DNA of 64,000 nucleotides from the IMG/VR virus record IMGVR_UViG_3300028800_000012, positions 1 through 64,000 of that record; one strand, 5' to 3'. The DNA is from a virus. The notes under the pieces are model-generated. The model did not search any database, was not told where the DNA came from, and worked only from the letters and a program-made list of their open reading frames with translations. Position 1 is the stretch's first letter; each line of letters starts with the position of its first letter. The position numbers were made by a program, and so were the translations under genes. This document shows, piece by piece, positions 62,130 to 64,000 of the stretch.

Positions 62130-62518
62130 CAGGACTTCGGCTTGTTCTTCGAACCTTTCGGTCGGCCGCCCTTGCGCCTGACGGGTACATCCGCCGCCAT
62201 GCACACGGTCTGCGCAGCCTCTTGCGGCGCCGCTTCAACAGCCAGAGGCGGCGCAAATGGCCGGTCGTTCTGCGTGATGTAATTCCAGTCGGCTTCTTCG
62301 GCCCGCCTGATCCAGCGCCGCTCGTAATGCTCTTTCAGCATCCGAGTGGAGAATTGAGACTTGTCGACAAGATCGCCGACACGCGGATGATATCCATTGA
62401 CGGTGAAGCCTTTCGGCCACGCGCCATAGACGTAATCCGCGTCTCGATCGAATGGTAAGAGCCAGTACGGGGCGTTCGGTGATGGCACCCTAGGCGTCCC
62501 GCACTGTGTTTGTGCCAC
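62129..62518 (-). CDS. Hypothetical protein with an AT-hook-like C-terminus
   Basis: 129 aa. C-terminus RRKGGRPKGSKNKPKS. Directly downstream of the capsid gene. Confidence 0.45.
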   Translation of the reverse strand: MAQTQCGTPRVPSPNAPYWLLPFDRDADYVYGAWPKGFTVNGYHPRVGDLVDKSQFSTRMLKEHYERRWIRRAEEADWNYITQNDRPFAPPLAVEAAPQEAAQTVCMAADVPVRRKGGRPKGSKNKPKS

Positions 62519-62531
62519 GTATCAAGGCCGA

Positions 62532-63548
62532 TTAGGCGATGATCGTGTTGAAAAACACGCCGCACTCAGCCGCGACGAGTTTTTGCGCATACGCCTGTTG
62601 GATTTCCAGCCGGTCGGACTCAAGATGCTCTATCCGGAACTTCTTGATGCGCTGACCGGCGGGTCCGGCGCCAGTGAAGCCGACCCAGTTGAACGTGTAG
62701 CCTCCAGACGGAGACTGCAGGCTCGCGGCAGGAGCCGCATACACAAGCAGCGCCGACTTGCCGCCGATGAACGCATTCGACTCGTTCGTGTTCAGCGTGG
62801 TCGAATTGCTTTCCGCGCCCGTATTCTTGACGGCATCCATGACGAGGATTTCGTCAATTTCCATCAGCGCGGCGACGGCCTGCTTGGTGATGATGGCCGG
62901 CGCACCCGGAGACGCGCCGTACTTGATGCGGTCCGTGATCGAGCCGTGCTCGGACAGCTTCGACCAGACCTGACGGCCCATGACCAACTTGTTCGCCCGG
63001 AAGGTGGACGACAGGTGGATGCGGTCGTTGTAGGTCTTCACATCAGCGACGGGGGTGGCGTTGGAATCGTTCCACTGAAGGACGGTATTTCCAGCCGGGG
63101 AAGCCGAGACGCCGGTCACGTCGACCGACGCGCCGGTCCAGATGCCGGTGGTGAAGTAATTCGACGCCCAGTTGACCTCACGGTTGATGAGCGCCTTGTT
63201 CGCAAGGAAGTTCGTTGTATCGCGGTCCATATCGAGCGGCGAATCCGCATTCGAACGAACCTGATCTTCCACATCCTTGTGCAAGGCCCACACGTCGGCG
63301 TAATACGTCGGCGTGTTGTCGATCCTCCAGCCATCGCCGGCCGATTCCGAACCGGGCGCACGCTTCTTCATCGAGTCGCGGTTGAGGTCGCCGCGCGAAT
63401 AGACGAAATAGCGGTCGGACTGTTTCTGTACGGGAACGGCCGGGAACACTTTGTCGGCGACAAAGGCGTCCGGCTTCTGCATGAACGCGACGGAGATGTT
63501 CGTCAAAATCGCATTGACGTGGACATCGCCAGCGACAGGGTTAGCCAT
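62532..63548 (-). CDS. Major capsid protein (lambda gpE-like family)
   Basis: 338 aa. The N-terminal region and length fit E-type capsid proteins. Preceded by a decoration-like gene. Confidence 0.7.
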   Translation of the reverse strand: MANPVAGDVHVNAILTNISVAFMQKPDAFVADKVFPAVPVQKQSDRYFVYSRGDLNRDSMKKRAPGSESAGDGWRIDNTPTYYADVWALHKDVEDQVRSNADSPLDMDRDTTNFLANKALINREVNWASNYFTTGIWTGASVDVTGVSASPAGNTVLQWNDSNATPVADVKTYNDRIHLSSTFRANKLVMGRQVWSKLSEHGSITDRIKYGASPGAPAIITKQAVAALMEIDEILVMDAVKNTGAESNSTTLNTNESNAFIGGKSALLVYAAPAASLQSPSGGYTFNWVGFTGAGPAGQRIKKFRIEHLESDRLEIQQAYAQKLVAAECGVFFNTIIA

Positions 63549-63620
63549 TTGTACTGCTCCCTCTAAGGGAAAGCCGGCGCTGTCACAGCGCGGGCGTAGC
63601 GAAAGGGGTGCGCCTCAACG

Positions 63621-63643
63621 AAAAAGCCGCCCTTAAGGCGGCC
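63621..63643 (-). terminator. Intrinsic terminator-like hairpin between the decoration and capsid genes
   Basis: The minus strand reads GGCCGCCTTAAGGGCGGCTTTTT: a 6-bp GC stem, a 5-nt loop and a T5 run. Confidence 0.5.
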
Positions 63644-63671
63644 ACCATCAATGCGCTAGGTTGTCTGTTTG

Positions 63672-64000
63672 TTATGGAAGGCCGGTCGGGCGGAACAGCA
63701 TCGGGATAACGTCTCCCGATACGCCGGTCGCCAGCGCAACGCCGAGATTGTACGCATCGGCAGAGCCAGCCGCGACGCCCTTGGCGTTATTGTCCGTGAC
63801 GATGCGATTGCCGGCAGTCACGTTGCCGCCGAGAGTGATCTTGGTCACACCGAACGGCCGCACCTTGGCCGCACGCGACGCAGCGCCAGGCGCATTCTGC
63901 AATACGCCAACAACGTCGGCGCCGAGCGTTGCCGCCGCCGCGTTGCCGGACGAATCGACAGTCATGAAAAGGTACTGCTTGGCCGACAAGTCGGCAGCCG
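63672..64000 (-). CDS. Head decoration / DUF2190-like protein (5' end probably outside the window)
   Basis: Gly/Ala/Val-rich beta protein (GVLQNAPGA...VTKITLGGNVTAGNRIV...GVALATGVSGDVIPML). The frame stays open to the window edge. Confidence 0.45.
   Translation of the reverse strand, partial: AADLSAKQYLFMTVDSSGNAAAATLGADVVGVLQNAPGAASRAAKVRPFGVTKITLGGNVTAGNRIVTDNNAKGVAAGSADAYNLGVALATGVSGDVIPMLFRPTGLP

Noticed and set aside
62583-63566. 327-aa plus-strand ORF antisense to the major capsid gene. The same applies to 134..834, 20055..20759, 21624..22262, 57025..57608 and other overlapping track ORFs
   Set aside because: These are Arg-rich, low-complexity off-frame translations of well-supported genes on the other strand or frame.

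Overview
High-GC (about 60-65%) temperate-phage DNA. All calls rest on motif recognition, ORF geometry and repeat inspection, since no searches were run. The window appears to hold parts of two prophages joined head to tail at a 3' fragment of tRNA-Pro(CGG) at 34638..34684. Prophage A (1..~34.6 kb) runs off the left edge. It has a minus-strand head module: scaffold, XkdF-like protease, MuF-like protein, portal, TerL and TerS. Next is a minus-strand replication and early module: RNA ligase, dCMP deaminase, DnaB, primase, DUF1937, GcrA-like, Myb-like, RuvC and CII-like. A divergent cro/cI switch follows. The plus-strand early-left operon then carries a C5-MTase, Lar, RecE-like exonuclease with an annealing protein, an MT-A70 MTase, xis-like and int. 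This operon holds two independent IS1595-family insertions, each with its own inverted repeats and a perfect 8-bp target duplication. Prophage B (~34.7..64 kb) runs off the right edge. It has small accessory genes, a metallophosphoesterase/HExxH pair, a lysis cassette, a lambda-like tail module interrupted by an oppositely oriented acyltransferase, head-tail joining genes, the major capsid and a decoration protein. The most unusual item is a seven-gene glycosyltransferase, radical-SAM and methyltransferase cassette inside prophage B's structural operon, between the capsid and connector genes. I read it as a candidate virion-glycosylation system. Other items worth follow-up are: a portal protein with a C-terminal R-S-ExE ADP-ribosyltransferase domain; a (Gly-Tyr/Ser/Asp) hexanucleotide-repeat protein; a C5-MTase whose target-recognition motifs sit in the +1 frame of an otherwise open ORF; a GT9-like gene separated in frame from the radical-SAM gene by a single TGA and lacking any canonical start; a 184-nt dual-coding xis/int overlap; and a ~500-bp AT-rich repeat-dense noncoding island next to the immunity region. 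The GcrA-like gene suggests an alphaproteobacterial host, but that is inference.
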